The notes: a model not told the origin generated them from the sequence alone. DNA of 63,245 nt, filler included, from Octopus bimaculoides (GCF_001194135.2; 5 parts of 5 records of this genome joined end to end with filler, not necessarily neighbours in it), one strand, 5' to 3'. Positions 50,030-62,860 are shown, numbered from the whole stretch's first letter. A program made the numbers and translations.

Positions 50030-50310
50030 GAGTGAGAGAGCAGTGCATGACATCAAAGTGACTGCGGGGTAAAATATACGAAGCCCAGTATACCCATCAT
50101 GACTACCCGTCTGATAAAGGTACACCAGGCACATGCATCACAACCATATGTGCGCGACATGGTGATTTCATATCAAGATAAACAATACATGACCTTGCAA
50201 GTGGGGGCCCAATTAGAATTTTCTTCAGGTTGAGTAGCCCATCCCACTCAAAAGGTCCTTGAATAAGGGTTGTTTGAGGACGATGAACGAAACACCCATG
50301 TTTCCAAAAT
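50030..50310. mobile_element. Dispersed repeat fragment, probably LINE 3'UTR
   Basis: 50066-50113 is the near-exact reverse complement of 44600-44648; non-coding; class is inferred. Confidence 0.55.
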
Positions 50311-51172
50311 TCAACAGATTACAGAATTCCTTTAGTGATTAACTGGCACCGACGTTTCGCTGGCANNNNNNNNNNNNNNNNNNNNNNNNNNNNNNNNNNN
50401 NNNNNNNNNNNNNNNNNNNNNNNNNNNNNNNNNNNNNNNNNNNNNNNNNNNNNNNNNNNNNNNNNNNNNNNNNNNNNNNNNNNNNNNNNNNNNNNNNNNN
50501 NNNNNNNNNNNNNNNNNNNNNNNNNNNNNNNNNNNNNNNNNNNNNNNNNNNNNNNNNNNNNNNNNNNNNNNNNNNNNNNNNNNNNNNNNNNNNNNNNNNN
50601 NNNNNNNNNNNNNNNNNNNNNNNNNNNNNNNNNNNNNNNNNNNNNNNNNNNNNNNNNNNNNNNNNNNNNNNNNNNNNNNNNNNNNNNNNNNNNNNNNNNN
50701 NNNNNNNNNNNNNNNNNNNNNNNNNNNNNNNNNNNNNNNNNNNNNNNNNNNNNNNNNNNNNNNNNNNNNNNNNNNNNNNNNNNNNNNNNNNNNNNNNNNN
50801 NNNNNNNNNNNNNNNNNNNNNNNNNNNNNNNNNNNNNNNNNNNNNNNNNNNNNNNNNNNNNNNNNNNNNNNNNNNNNNNNNNNNNNNNNNNNNNNNNNNN
50901 NNNNNNNNNNNNNNNNNNNNNNNNNNNNNNNNNNNNNNNNNNNNNNNNNNNNNNNNNNNNNNNNNNNNNNNNNNNNNNNNNNNNNNNNNNNNNNNNNNNN
51001 NNNNNNNNNNNNNNNNNNNNNNNNNNNNNNNNNNNNNNNNNNNNNNNNNNNNNNNNNNNNNNNNNNNNNNNNNNNNNNNNNNNNNNNNNNNNNNNNNNNN
51101 NNNNNNNNNNNNNNNNNNNNNNNNNNNNNNNNNNNNNNNNNNNNNNNNNNNNNNNNNNNNNNNNNNNNNNNN

Positions 51173-51259
<87 letters not shown>

Positions 51260-51289
51260 GTCTGGTATTTATTTTACCGGTATCTCTTG

Positions 51290-51530
51290 TCGAACCGCCT
51301 GTTGGATAGCGATGGAGGGAAGGACAAACACAAGCACAAAGACACACTCGTGTATACACCCATATACGACGAACTCTCACAAAGTTTCTGTCAACGAAAT
51401 TCACTCACAAGGCATTGGTCGGCCTGAGACTACAGTAATCTATAGACGTTAGCCCAAAGTGTCGTGCAATGAAACTGAACCCGTTCAATCGCAAAGCGAG
51501 ATTCTTAACCACACAGCCACGTCTGCGTTC
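51290..51530 (-). mobile_element. Degenerate SINE family A
   Basis: aaattcactcacaaggcattggtcggcc...ttcttaaccacacagccacgtctgc. Confidence 0.7.
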
Positions 51531-51984
51531 ATTGCTAATAGCTCAAAACACAGAAAATATATATTTTGACTCTAATAACAGAAAGAAAAGAAAAACCCTC
51601 CCACATTCATCATACTAACTACCAGTGACATCTACGAAGTTTCTGACTCCATTGCCCACTGCATACAAATCATAAAAACAATATTTAATACTTAAGAAAA
51701 TACATAAAACGCTGACTGGTAAACTGAAAATTCAGGCGCCAAGCCTATGTAGTGTAAAAGGAAATATTTTTATAGCCTGAAATTTAATGAATGAAGTACA
51801 CAAGGATTGTTCCTTTCACCCACTCTTTTTAAACAAATCACAAATCACCTTCCCACACCTCTACAAAGCATACAGTCACTTTTATTCGCACAGGACATCA
51901 CACTCACATTTTCCGGTCATTTTGTAGACATTGCAGCAAAACTACTCCTACCAAGTTCAATACTAGCTCCAAATTAATCTCTCG

Positions 51985-52136
51985 ATGCAGGTGTGGCTGT
52001 GTGCTCAAAAGTCTGCTTCCCAGCCATCTGGTTCAGGGTTTCAGCAAGTGTTTTTTACTAAAGCTTCGGGTCGACCTAACACTTGTGAGTGGATTTGGTA
52101 GACGGAAACTGAAAGAAGCCCATCATATATATATGT

Positions 52137-52186
<50 letters not shown>

Positions 52187-53453
52187 NNNNNNNNNNNNNN
52201 NNNNNNNNNNNNNNNNNNNNNNNNNNNNNNNNNNNNNNNNNNNNNNNNNNNNNNNNNNNNNNNNNNNNNNNNNNNNNNNNNNNNNNNNNNNNNNNNNNNN
52301 NNNNNNNNNNNNNNNNNNNNNNNNNNNNNNNNNNNNNNNNNNNNNNNNNNNNNNNNNNNNNNNNNNNNNNNNNNNNNNNNNNNNNNNNNNNNNNNNNNNN
52401 NNNNNNNNNNNNNNNNNNNNNNNNNNNNNNNNNNNNNNNNNNNNNNNNNNNNNNNNNNNNNNNNNNNNNNNNNNNNNNNNNNNNNNNNNNNNNNNNNNNN
52501 NNNNNNNNNNNNNNNNNNNNNNNNNNNNNNNNNNNNNNNNNNNNNNNNNNNNNNNNNNNNNNNNNNNNNNNNNNNNNNNNNNNNNNNNNNNNNNNNNNNN
52601 NNNNNNNNNNNNNNNNNNNNNNNNNNNNNNNNNNNNNNNNNNNNNNNNNNNNNNNNNNNNNNNNNNNNNNNNNNNNNNNNNNNNNNNNNNNNNNNNNNNN
52701 NNNNNNNNNNNNNNNNNNNNNNNNNNNNNNNNNNNNNNNNNNNNNNNNNNNNNNNNNNNNNNNNNNNNNNNNNNNNNNNNNNNNNNNNNNNNNNNNNNNN
52801 NNNNNNNNNNNNNNNNNNNNNNNNNNNNNNNNNNNNNNNNNNNNNNNNNNNNNNNNNNNNNNNNNNNNNNNNNNNNNNNNNNNNNNNNNNNNNNNNNNNN
52901 NNNNNNNNNNNNNNNNNNNNNNNNNNNNNNNNNNNNNNNNNNNNNNNNNNNNNNNNNNNNNNNNNNNNNNNNNNNNNNNNNNNNNNNNNNNNNNNNNNNN
53001 NNNNNNNNNNNNNNNNNNNNNNNNNNNNNNNNNNNNNNNNNNNNNNNNNNNNNNNNNNNNNNNNNNNNNNNNNNNNNNNNNNNNNNNNNNNNNNNNNNNN
53101 NNNNNNNNNNNNNNNNNNNNNNNNNNNNNNNNNNNNNNNNNNNNNNNNNNNNNNNNNNNNNNNNNNNNNNNNNNNNNNCTGGGATTGATTTGTTCAACTA
53201 AAACCCTTCAAGGTGGTGCCCCAGCATGACCTTAGTCTAATGACTGAAACAAGTAAAAGATAAAAGATATACTGGGATTGATTTGTTCAACTAAAACCCT
53301 TCAAGGTGGTGCCCCAGCATGGCCAGTCCAATGACTGAAACAAGTAAAAGATAAAAGATATACTGGGATTGATTTGTTCAACTAAAACCCTTCAAGGTGA
53401 TGCCCCAGCATGGCCACAGTCCAATGAGTGAAACAAGTAAAAGATAAAAGATA
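51985..53453 (+). mobile_element. SINE family A with triplicated 3' tail
   Basis: Head gcaggtgtggctgtgtg; gap 52187-53178; tail units start at 53179, 53272 and 53363. Confidence 0.85.
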
Positions 53454-53997
53454 CAAACGAGCACCAACTACCACCCGCCATCACACTTGACAACATGAAT
53501 ATTTACCACACATACAGATGAGAAAACTATTAACAGTTACATACTACTCCGACTCAACTTTCAGAATACACACACATGACAGTCAAGAAAGGAAAACCAC
53601 GCAAAAATGTGGAGCAACCAATGTCAAGCATCGCCGTTGGCCATCAGGAAGAAAAAAGAAAAAACAATGATGTAGAAACAATGTATTAGATCAATAAGTC
53701 TGTCCTACCTGTGTCTCTAATTTATCCGCATTAAATAGCAATAAGCTAAAAAAAAATAACGGTTAGTAACTCACTGCTCATCACTATATACTATTTACTG
53801 TTCAAACAAAAGAACGAAAAAATATTAAACTGAAAGACCAACTGGACGTGCCGGCTCCAAGCAGCACATTCCAAGTAGCACCAAGAAATTAATGCCCATC
53901 ATCCTAAGCGCGACTAAAGCAATAACAGCCTAAAAACATCATCTCTTCCAAGCATCCCAAACAAACATAAAGAGAAACAAATGCACATAAAAATATC

Positions 53998-55130
53998 TAC
54001 AAGGAACAAGCCATTATGGCGGATCTGATGAAGGCAAATGTTGACAGAACTCGGTTTTAGAGCGAACGCAGAATAGTGGGAAGGATGATAAAAGTATTAA
54101 CCATGTCTTGAGAGAATGCAATGAACTAGCACAAAAAATGTGTAAACAGAGGTAGGACTGTATAGGTAAAAGAGAGCATTGGACTGTTAGCCGAATGTGT
54201 GTCTTAGAAATAACAGAAAAGTATTGTGAGCACTATTCAAAGGCTGTGATTTATAAGAATTACAGGATTTTGTGACATTACCCCGTAAGGACTACCATAC
54301 TATTGAAGCAAGGGAATCAGATATGATCAAAGGGGACGAAATAAACAGTGTAAGATCATGCATGGATTTTGCAATTCCATCTGATAGCAGACTTGGTATC
54401 AAAAATATTGAAAAAAAAATTGAAAAATATCAGGACTTTGCTAGAAAGTCAAGAAGATTATGGAAGACTAAGATAACAATTATTCCTGTAATAGGAGAGT
54501 ATTGTAGTTCGCTTGAAGCATTGTGTATTGTTTGTAAAGAATAAAAAGTTTTGAATGGTACAACAATGCACTATAATACAAAAGTGGACTATATACCTGT
54601 TGTAATTTAGTTATCTATAATCCGATGATATTTCGGACTACAATTCCTTCTTCAGATATTCTTAGATGGAGTTGCTGTATTTGACTCCATCTAAGAATAT
54701 CTGAAGAAGGAATCTTATTCCGAAATATCATCGGACTATGGATGACTAAGTTACAACAGGTATATAGTCCATTTTTTGTATTATAGTGCATTGTTGTACC
54801 ATTCAAATCTTTTTATTCTTTATTCCTGTAATAATTGGTGCACTTAGTACCACACCCAAAATACTATTAAAGAGATTGACAGATATTCGATTTAAGGTTT
54901 GCATTGACGACCTGCAGAAAAGTGCAATCCTGTATTCTGCTAGAATTCTAAGAAAGATTCCTGAGATTTTGGAAGACATGTCACTAACCTCAAGATCACT
55001 TGGTAAACTGTATACTTTAATCGCGTTTCACTGTCTTTTTTTTTTCATTTCTTACTTTTCTTCTTGCTGAGTTGTCTCTGTGGTGTCCCCTTCGTCCATG
55101 GCCCCCTGGCGAATAAAAGAAATCGTCACC
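53998..55130 (+). mobile_element. 5'-truncated, decayed R4/Dong-clade (RLE) LINE: CCHC knuckle and endonuclease region, 3'UTR, triplet tail
   Basis: QEQAIM...INHVLREC..LAQK...KR.HW...TEKY.EH...DFAIPSD...EKKIEKYQDFAR...LWKTKITIIPV(I)IGALSTTPK...DDLQKSAILYSARILRKI; AATAAA at 55111 followed by ATC/ATT repeats; multiple stops and frameshifts. Confidence 0.9.
54535..54822. mobile_element. Foldback (near-perfect palindromic) insertion inside the R4 ORF
   Basis: ~138-bp arms 54535-54672 and 54684-54822 around an 11-nt loop; LINE sequence ttattcctgtaata duplicated at 54480-54493 and 54820-54833. Confidence 0.88.
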
Positions 55131-55168
55131 GTCATCATTATCATTATTATTGATTTTATCATAATTTT

Positions 55169-55242
<74 letters not shown>

Positions 55243-55334
55243 ATAGCTATTGTGGTGGTGTTGTTGTTGTTGGTGGTGGTGGTGGTAATGGTGGTAGTGG
55301 TGGTGTGGTTGTAGGGGTGAAGTGGTAATAATAA

Positions 55335-56190
55335 TAATCCTTTCTACCGGAGGCACAAGGTCTCAAATTTGTGGGGAGGTGGCCTAGACGATAACATTGA
55401 CGCCAGTGTCTCACTGGTACTTAATTTATCGACCCCAAAGGGATGAAAGGCAAAGTAGACCTCGGTGGAATTTGAAAACGTAGCGACGGGCGAAATATCG
55501 CTAAGCATTTCGTCCAACGTGCTAACGATTCTGCCAGGTCGCCACCTTAACAATAATAATGATGATGATGATGATGAGCAAAAATGGCATACCCTGCGCG
55601 CAAATAAATTGGCTTACAATACGTTGTTTAACCATGCTTTTTATTTGAACTGAAGTATTACTATTTTTTGTTAATTAGTATCACCATTACAGGTGTTTAT
55701 ACTCCGGTGAAATTAAGAAATCAACACGTAAATAAACGAAACTCTCGAATCCATCAGTGAACACACACACACACACACACATACACACACACACTCACAG
55801 TCGCATATCTATGCTCGAAGATAATTAAACCAAATATTCATCATTTCGAGCCACTCACCCAATGAGTATCTCTGCAAAATTTAGTGAAAATCCGTTCAAC
55901 CGTTTTCCAGTAATTTTGCAAACACACAGACAAACCGACGAAGACTTGTGATTACAATACCCTACTTTCGCTTACGCGCGCAGGCTAATAATAAAAACAA
56001 TAATCCTTTTTACTATAGGCACAAGTCCTGCGATTATTGGGGAGTAGGCATGTCGATCCCATCAACTACAGTATACCACTGGTACTTAATTTTACCGACC
56101 CCGAAAGGATGAAAGGCAAAGTCGACCTCGGTGGCATTTGGACTCTGAACCTAAGGTTGAAAGAAATGCCGTTAAGCATTTTATTCGGCG
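55335..56190 (-). mobile_element. Two family B SINEs (55335-55548 and 55995-56190)
   Basis: ggtacttaattt...gacccc(g)aaaggatgaaaggcaaagt.gacctcggtgg cores with ataataatcctt tails. Confidence 0.85.
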
Positions 56191-57436
56191 CAGTAACTAT
56201 GCTTTAATGGTTATGGATTTATCTTCTGGTAACCATTCAGTCATCTGATTTATTTTCAACTGTAAGCCAGGATAAACAAAGATAAACAAAGATGACTTGC
56301 TGAAGCACAAAGTCTCACGTGAGTCAGGATGTTAAAATTTTGATCTCGTTTTAAATCGCAATAGTAATAGTATTAACAGGGTTCGGACGAAGAAACTCAA
56401 GTAAAAACAAAAGTGAGGGTTTTCATTTCCTTATTTGTTTTTAACTAACCTGTAATAAATTGAGGCATATAATTTCACTCGCAACCGGTCTATAATTGAT
56501 AAGAGTAAAAGGATACACGCATACCTGCGAACATCTCTGTGTTTGCGAGCGTATGTATATGCGAGTGTGCAAGTGTATAATCCTATTACGTAATAATTAG
56601 CCATGTGTGTCGTTATATGTCTACGTATAGATTGTGTGTATGGACGGATGCCGTTGGGTAAAATGTCTCCTGGTGTCTGTACCAATCCTCAGAATTGAAA
56701 TCCCCCGCTGAATTTTACTTTACCTCTCATCCTTTTGGGTTCGTAAGGCGCTGAATTTACTGAACTGATTGACTGGACTGTTAAAGGATCGAGTAATAAC
56801 GCTTTGTTGTATCTGTTCCGATCACTTTGCGTTCTGACGACCTGCAATGACAGGAGTGCCTAGCCGTATCGATCCAATTTGGCGATCTTTCCCGAGAATC
56901 AACTTCGATGGCACGGAGGAGAACCTTCCATACATGAGCAACTGCTAGTGTTTCCCGAAAATTTTTGAAACAAAATATAAAATTGGATTTGCCCTGGCCG
57001 ACAAATACACGTACATCTATATAGCCAAACTTTATCGAGGTAAGCCTGCAAAGTGTGCATTCGCCTATGAGATTTTGCACTAGCTTGTGCATGTGGGTAT
57101 GTGCTTATGAGTTTTTGTGTATAAATGAAGAAATCCCACAAACCGAACGCACGAACTATGAAATATGAAAAAGAAAATTATAATATAAAGAAAACATTCA
57201 ATTGTGAGAAAACAGCTGTTCAGACAGATGCATTCTCCTTTAATGAACACCCTAAGGATATAAAACTTTAAAAAGCAAAATATTGAACGCTAAGAATATA
57301 AACTCAATACAGCAAATGCTCGGCCTACCTAAACATTGAGCTCTGTTACATTTTTAGCTCAGTAGTTTTGCAATGCATGTGACCTCACAAACACGTTACA
57401 TAATACAGACATATGTATGTATAAATGTACAGGTGC

Positions 57437-57492
<56 letters not shown>

Positions 57493-57495
57493 ATA

Positions 57496-57535
<40 letters not shown>

Positions 57536-58018
57536 TGTGTGTGTGTGTGTGTTTGTGTATGTTCAAACATATATACGTATATTTGCACGCACAACACACA
57601 CATAATTATATATTAAATAATTATATATATCATGTTTATAATTCGTAATCATATATAATTACTAATTAGATACATGTGCATATACATATATATGTACGTT
57701 TATGTATGAGTGTATACATGTATAATCATACACATGCCTGGAAACATACATACCTGTTTCAATGGACGTACACTCGAACATACATACGAACACATATCAT
57801 ACCTTCACACTCAACCATTCACATACATAAACGTATATAATCACAGCTCAACCAATAATTTGGTATTCTGTTTGTTTGTTGTAAGCACGTGTAAGGTAAC
57901 TTATATAACTTAAATATTTGATATGCCGGCCTAATTTAAACGCAGCTTTATTTCGGTGATCAAACACTGACGCATAGATCTAAACAAACATTAGTCAGTC
58001 ACCAACCACTAACAAATA

Positions 58019-58445
58019 CGGGCATACCTCAATTTACGTCGGTAATAGGTTCATGTGTCATGTGACCCGACCGAAAAATGACGTAATATGAAAAATCATT
58101 TAAAATCTTTATTAGCTTATATCTGTTTAAATAAATGATTCGTACGTATTTTCACAAGTATTTTGATTTGATTTTTTCCGCTTCAGTATTGGCTTTTAAA
58201 AACTTTTTTATGCTTTTAATTATGTTAGGTGAGATATAGGTGAATCGACAGAAACAAAAAAAAAGAAAAGACAATAAAAAGAAAATTAGGTAACAAAACA
58301 TTGGGGTAGAGTAACAGGTTGTACACCCCAGTCCAATTTGTGTATTCACCCGGGCCTCGTTGACACAAATGCAATGTTTTTATTTTTTAATGACCTGGAG
58401 TCGAAAAAGACGTAACTCGAAACGACGCAAGTTGAGGTATGCCTG
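58019..58445. mobile_element. pogo/Tigger-like MITE
   Basis: TIRs cgggcatacctcaatttacgtcg versus caggcatacctcaacttgcgtcg (20/23); TA on the left; CAGGCATACCTC start is typical of Tigger-type TIRs. Confidence 0.8.
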
Positions 58446-59001
58446 AAGCGAGGAACCTCATGAAACAGCTGCCAACGTCTCCCTCAATTTATCTCTTATT
58501 TTTCTTGAAGACACTGGGCGATGTAATTCGGAGGATATTGTCATAATTGTCACCTTTGGAAAGCTTTTTCTTATAGATATGCTCGATCAGGGCCAATTTG
58601 ATAATTTAACAGCAATACGAACAAATACAACGATGGCGTGAGGAGATAACAACAATACATGCGTGAGCGAGCCTCTAGAAGTTGTTCGGCCTGCTAGATA
58701 TAGCAGCCAAATTTCCTTCAAACCACAACTATTCAAGCAATTGCATCTTTGTATAAGATGTAAAAGCAACATTTTGGAACACACACACACACACANNNNN
58801 NNNNNNNNNNNNNNNNNNNNNNNNNNNNNNNNNNNNNNNNNNNNNNNNNNNNNNNNNNNNNNNNNNNNNNNNNNNNNNNNNNNNNNNNNNNNNNNNNNNN
58901 NNNNNNNNNNNNNNNNNNNNNNNNNNNNNNNNNNNNNNNNNNNNNNNNNNNNNNNNNNNNNNNNNNNATATATATATATATACATATATACCTTATGTCT
59001 A

Positions 59002-60037
59002 CAGGAGTTGGATAAAATAAAGGAAACACCTTAAAATTTCAAACAAATTTATTTTAATATGGTGTAGGACTGCTTTTGGCAGTAATTACAGCTTGAATTC
59101 TACGAGGTATGGACTCGTACAAAGTTTGAATTGTTTCCAAAGGAATTTTTGTCCATTACTCACCTAAAACAGTCTCCAGTTCTTGCAGTGATGATGGTGG
59201 AGGATATCGACTCCTTACTTGTTTTTCTAAAATGCACAATAAATGTTCGCTAATATTGAGATCTGGGGACTGTGGTAGCCAGATAAGATGTTCAACTTCA
59301 CTAGCATGTTCTTCATGCCATTCAGTAACAACTTTAGCTGTGTGAAAGATTGCGTTTCCCTCCGGAAACAGTTCCGCAACCATAGGATAAATTTGATCAG
59401 ATAAAATGGCTAAATAGTCTTCACTATTAATTCTGTCATGAAAGGAAACCATTGGGCCGGCGGATTTCCAAGATACAGCCCTCCCCACCCCCGATCACAC
59501 ACCCTCTCCATGTTTAACAGATGGAAGATGGCTTTCTGGGTCAAATGCTTCTTTTGGCTGTCTCCACACGTATACTCAGCCTATGGTTAGAAATAAGGTA
59601 AAGGATGGCTTGTCCAAGAAAATAACATTCTTCCACTGCTGTAGGTTTTTACTCCACTCTAAACGCTTTGCAACGTTCGTTTTTGAAAGTAGTGGTTTTC
59701 TGATTGCAGCCCTCCCGTGAAATCCGGCTTTATGCAGCTACCAGCGAACAGTTTTTGTGGAAACTGGGTTCTCGAAGTGGTCATTAAGCTCTGCAGTAAT
59801 TTTGGGAGCTGTACTTTTGTGATCCTTTCTAACAATTCGCGTATGAGACCAACGGTCCCTGTTTGAAAGTTTTGGTTTTCTTCTGGAGTTTTGTTTCGAC
59901 GAGGAAGTTTTCCCGCTTTCTCAAAGACAGTACTTCTTGATACACCAAACATTTCGGCTGTTTTTGTTATACTAGCGCCTACCATACGAACACCAACAAT
60001 TTGACCTCTTTGAAAGTCCGATAGATCTGTCATTTTA
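59002..60037 (-). mobile_element. Near full-length decayed Tc1-like transposon, same family as 18617-19190
   Basis: MTDLSDFQRGQIVGVRMVGASITKTAEMFGVSRST (paired-like HTH, ATG at 60033) through SPDLNISEHL; TIR caggagttggataaaata with flanking TA at 59000-59001; 5' TIR lost in gap; deletions include the QDDNAPI segment. Confidence 0.93.
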
Positions 60038-61508
60038 NNNNNNNNNNNNNNNNNNNNNNNNNNNNNNNNNNNNNNNNNNNNTTAATTAATTAANNNNNNN
60101 NNNNNNNNNNNNNNNNNNNNNNNNNNNNNNNNNNNNNACGTATGTCTATACATATGTAGACATCTGTAAGCTTTAAACGTTATTTTACTAACTAGGTGAC
60201 CCTTGGAAAAAAGTATGGAAAATAATTCCGGTCGGCATACTGAATTCAAATGGTCGTGTCATGGAGCTTCTGGCGGCGGAAGCCTGAAGTACAACGGGCT
60301 TGTCCTACAGACAACTGACTACTACAACTGGTTTGTCCCACACACATCGTCTCCAAACTTTCATATAACATACCATTATTTTTGCTTATTAATACAAAAT
60401 CATGTGACTAAGGGACTATATAATCCGCAATAATGCATTATAACTTTGAACACGGCTAACGGCGTGACAATCGGGTAAAACGAAGAAAATGTGATAATCT
60501 TCCTTCGTTTTTAAATCTCTCGATATTTTCTAGTTGCAAATACAAATGTAGTTTTCCGACTGGTAAACTACATTTTTATTTTTATTNNNNNNNNNNNNNN
60601 NNNNNNNNNNNNNNNNNNNNNNNNNNNNNNNNNNNNNNNNNNNNNNNNNNNNNNNNNNNNNNNNNNNNNNNNNNNNNNNNNNNNNNNNNNNNNNNNNNNN
60701 NNNNNNNNNNNNNNNNNNNNNNNNNNNNNNNNNNNNNNNNNNNNNNNNNNNNNNNNNNNNNNNNNNNNNNNNNNNNNNNNNNNNNNNNNNNNNNNNNNNN
60801 NNNNNNNNNNNNNNNNNNNNNNNNNNNNNNNNNNNNNNNNNNNNNNNNNNNNNNNNNNNNNNNNNNNNNNNNNNNNNNNNNNNNNNNNNNNNNNNNNNNN
60901 NNNNNNNNNNNNNNNNNNNNNNNNNNNNNNNNNNNNNNNNNNNNNNNNNNNNNNNNNNNNNNNNNNNNNNNNNNNNNNNNNNNNNNNNNNNNNNNNNNNN
61001 NNNNNNNNNNNNNNNNNNNNNNNNNNNNNNNNNNNNNNNNNNNNNNNNNNNNNNNNNNNNNNNNNNNNNNNNNNNNNNNNNNNNNNNNNNNNNNNNNNNN
61101 NNNNNNNNNNNNNNNNNNNNNNNNNNNNNNNNNNNNNNNNNNNNNNNNNNNNNNNNNNNNNNNNNNNNNNNNNNNNNNNNNNNNNNNNNNNNNNNNNNNN
61201 NNGAATGAATCGACCCCAGCATCTATTTTTTAAAACCTGGTAACTATTATATCGGTTGCTTTGCCGAACCGCGAGTTACAGGAACGTAATTATAAACAAC
61301 CCTATTGTGAAGCGATGTTAAAATCAGAAATAGACATATAAACATAATACATACATACATACATACATACAACGTACATACTTACGTGTGTATGTATGTA
61401 TATATGTGTGTATGTATCTATGCATGCATGTATGTGTGTATGTGTGTATGCATGTATGTGTGTATGTATGTATGTATGTGTGCATGTGTGTGTATGTATG
61501 TATGTATG

Positions 61509-61542
<34 letters not shown>

Positions 61543-61559
61543 TGTATTCTTGTATACCT

Positions 61560-61990
61560 TTATTTGTTCTAGTCGTTTCACTGCGGCCAAACTGAAGTAT
61601 AGTCTTCAAGGGCCTAACTCGAATAAATCGACCCTGGAACTTATTTCTTAAACCCAGTATTTCTTCTATAGGCGTCTTTTGTCGAACCGCTAAATTACAA
61701 AGAGGTAAACAAACCAACACCGGTTCTCACACATAATGGCGGACAAACACAGGCACAAAGAAACACACACATACACGCACACGCACACACACACACATAT
61801 ATACACACACGCGCACAGCCACACACACACATACACACACGACTGGCGTCTTGCAGTATCTGTTTACGAAATCCATTCATAAGGCTTTGGTCGGCCTGAG
61901 GTTGTAGTAGAAGACACTTGCCTAAGGTGCCGCGCCGTGGGACTGAACATGGAACCATGTAGTTTGGAAGCAATCTTCTTACCACCCTCG
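61560..61990 (-). mobile_element. SINE family A, near full length (further fragment at 61203-61320)
   Basis: tcgtttcactgcggcc tail, internal (CA)n, head ggaagcaatcttcttaccac. Confidence 0.8.
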
Positions 61991-62711
61991 CATTCCTAAT
62001 GGAAGCAACATTTGTGAACTTTCTCAGACATAAGTGTTTACGCACAAAGAATGGAAAGAAAGTAGAGATCGCTCCACAGAATATTTGCATTTACAAAAAG
62101 ACAGATGCATAATCCATCGATAATCTTTCGCTTTAAGAATCCATAAAGTGAAGAAAACGAATTCAGTCTAATTAAAATCCTGCAATAAAATTGAACGGAT
62201 ATTTTTCCTCGTCCTCAAGTATATCTGGAAATATTTGGCGTCTTTGAAACTTTCGGACGGTAAATGCCTGGGAAAATCGTAAACGACATAAGAAACACTG
62301 ATGATCTCATAAGAAGAAATGATTTCTTTCGACATATTTTACAATGGTTAAGACATTTTGGGGGTTTTGATCCATGTAGTTGAAGGACACAAGAATGAAA
62401 CTAATCATTCCAGGCAAAAGGATAAAACAAATTTAGGTATCCCGAGTAGACAGAACGACCATGTAAATATTTAAATATCACTTATTAAGTGATCTGCTTA
62501 ATAACACCTTATTATTTCGTTTGTATTTAATTTAATGATTTAATTTTTTTATATAAAAACTTTGGTTTCGACTTTGAAGATGTAGTGGTCAAAGAAACTT
62601 TGAAAGGCCAACAAATACAATCGCTTGCGTAGGCGACAATCTTAATGGGAAGGATTACAAAAAAAGAATAATAATAATCGTTTCCACTTGAATGAATCGA
62701 CACTTAATAAT

Positions 62712-62860
62712 AATAATCGTTTCTACTATAAATACAAGGCCTGAGTTTGTAAGGAGGGGACAAGTCGTTGAGAATGACCCCAGAATTTCACTCGTACTCA
62801 TTTAATCGACTCTGGAAGAAGGGAAGGCAAAGTATACCTCGGCAGAATTTGAACACAGAA
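62712..62860 (-). mobile_element. SINE family B, 5'-truncated
   Basis: ataataataatcgtttctactataaatacaaggcctg...gaagggaaggcaaagtatacctcggcagaatttgaacacagaa. Confidence 0.75.

Noticed and set aside
14112-53453. CRISPR-like arrays (14.1-14.5 kb, 24.3 kb, 53.2 kb)
   Set aside because: Tandem units without unique spacers, no cas genes, animal context.
54027-54045. ctgatgaagg as another hammerhead core; also GAAACG hits at 254 and 29475
   Set aside because: No stem II plus GAAAC partner at 54027 (LINE coding sequence); the other hits lack an upstream CTGANGA.
46890-57150. Unique GC-richer blocks at 46.9-47.2 kb and 56.8-57.1 kb as exons
   Set aside because: Isolated splice-like sites exist but frames close quickly and no homology is recognisable; cannot be supported without RNA data.
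268-61222. Long ORFs of 150-470 aa in the supplied track
   Set aside because: They are long only because they run through N gaps; flanks are microsatellite translations (poly-YI, HT, CV, LS).
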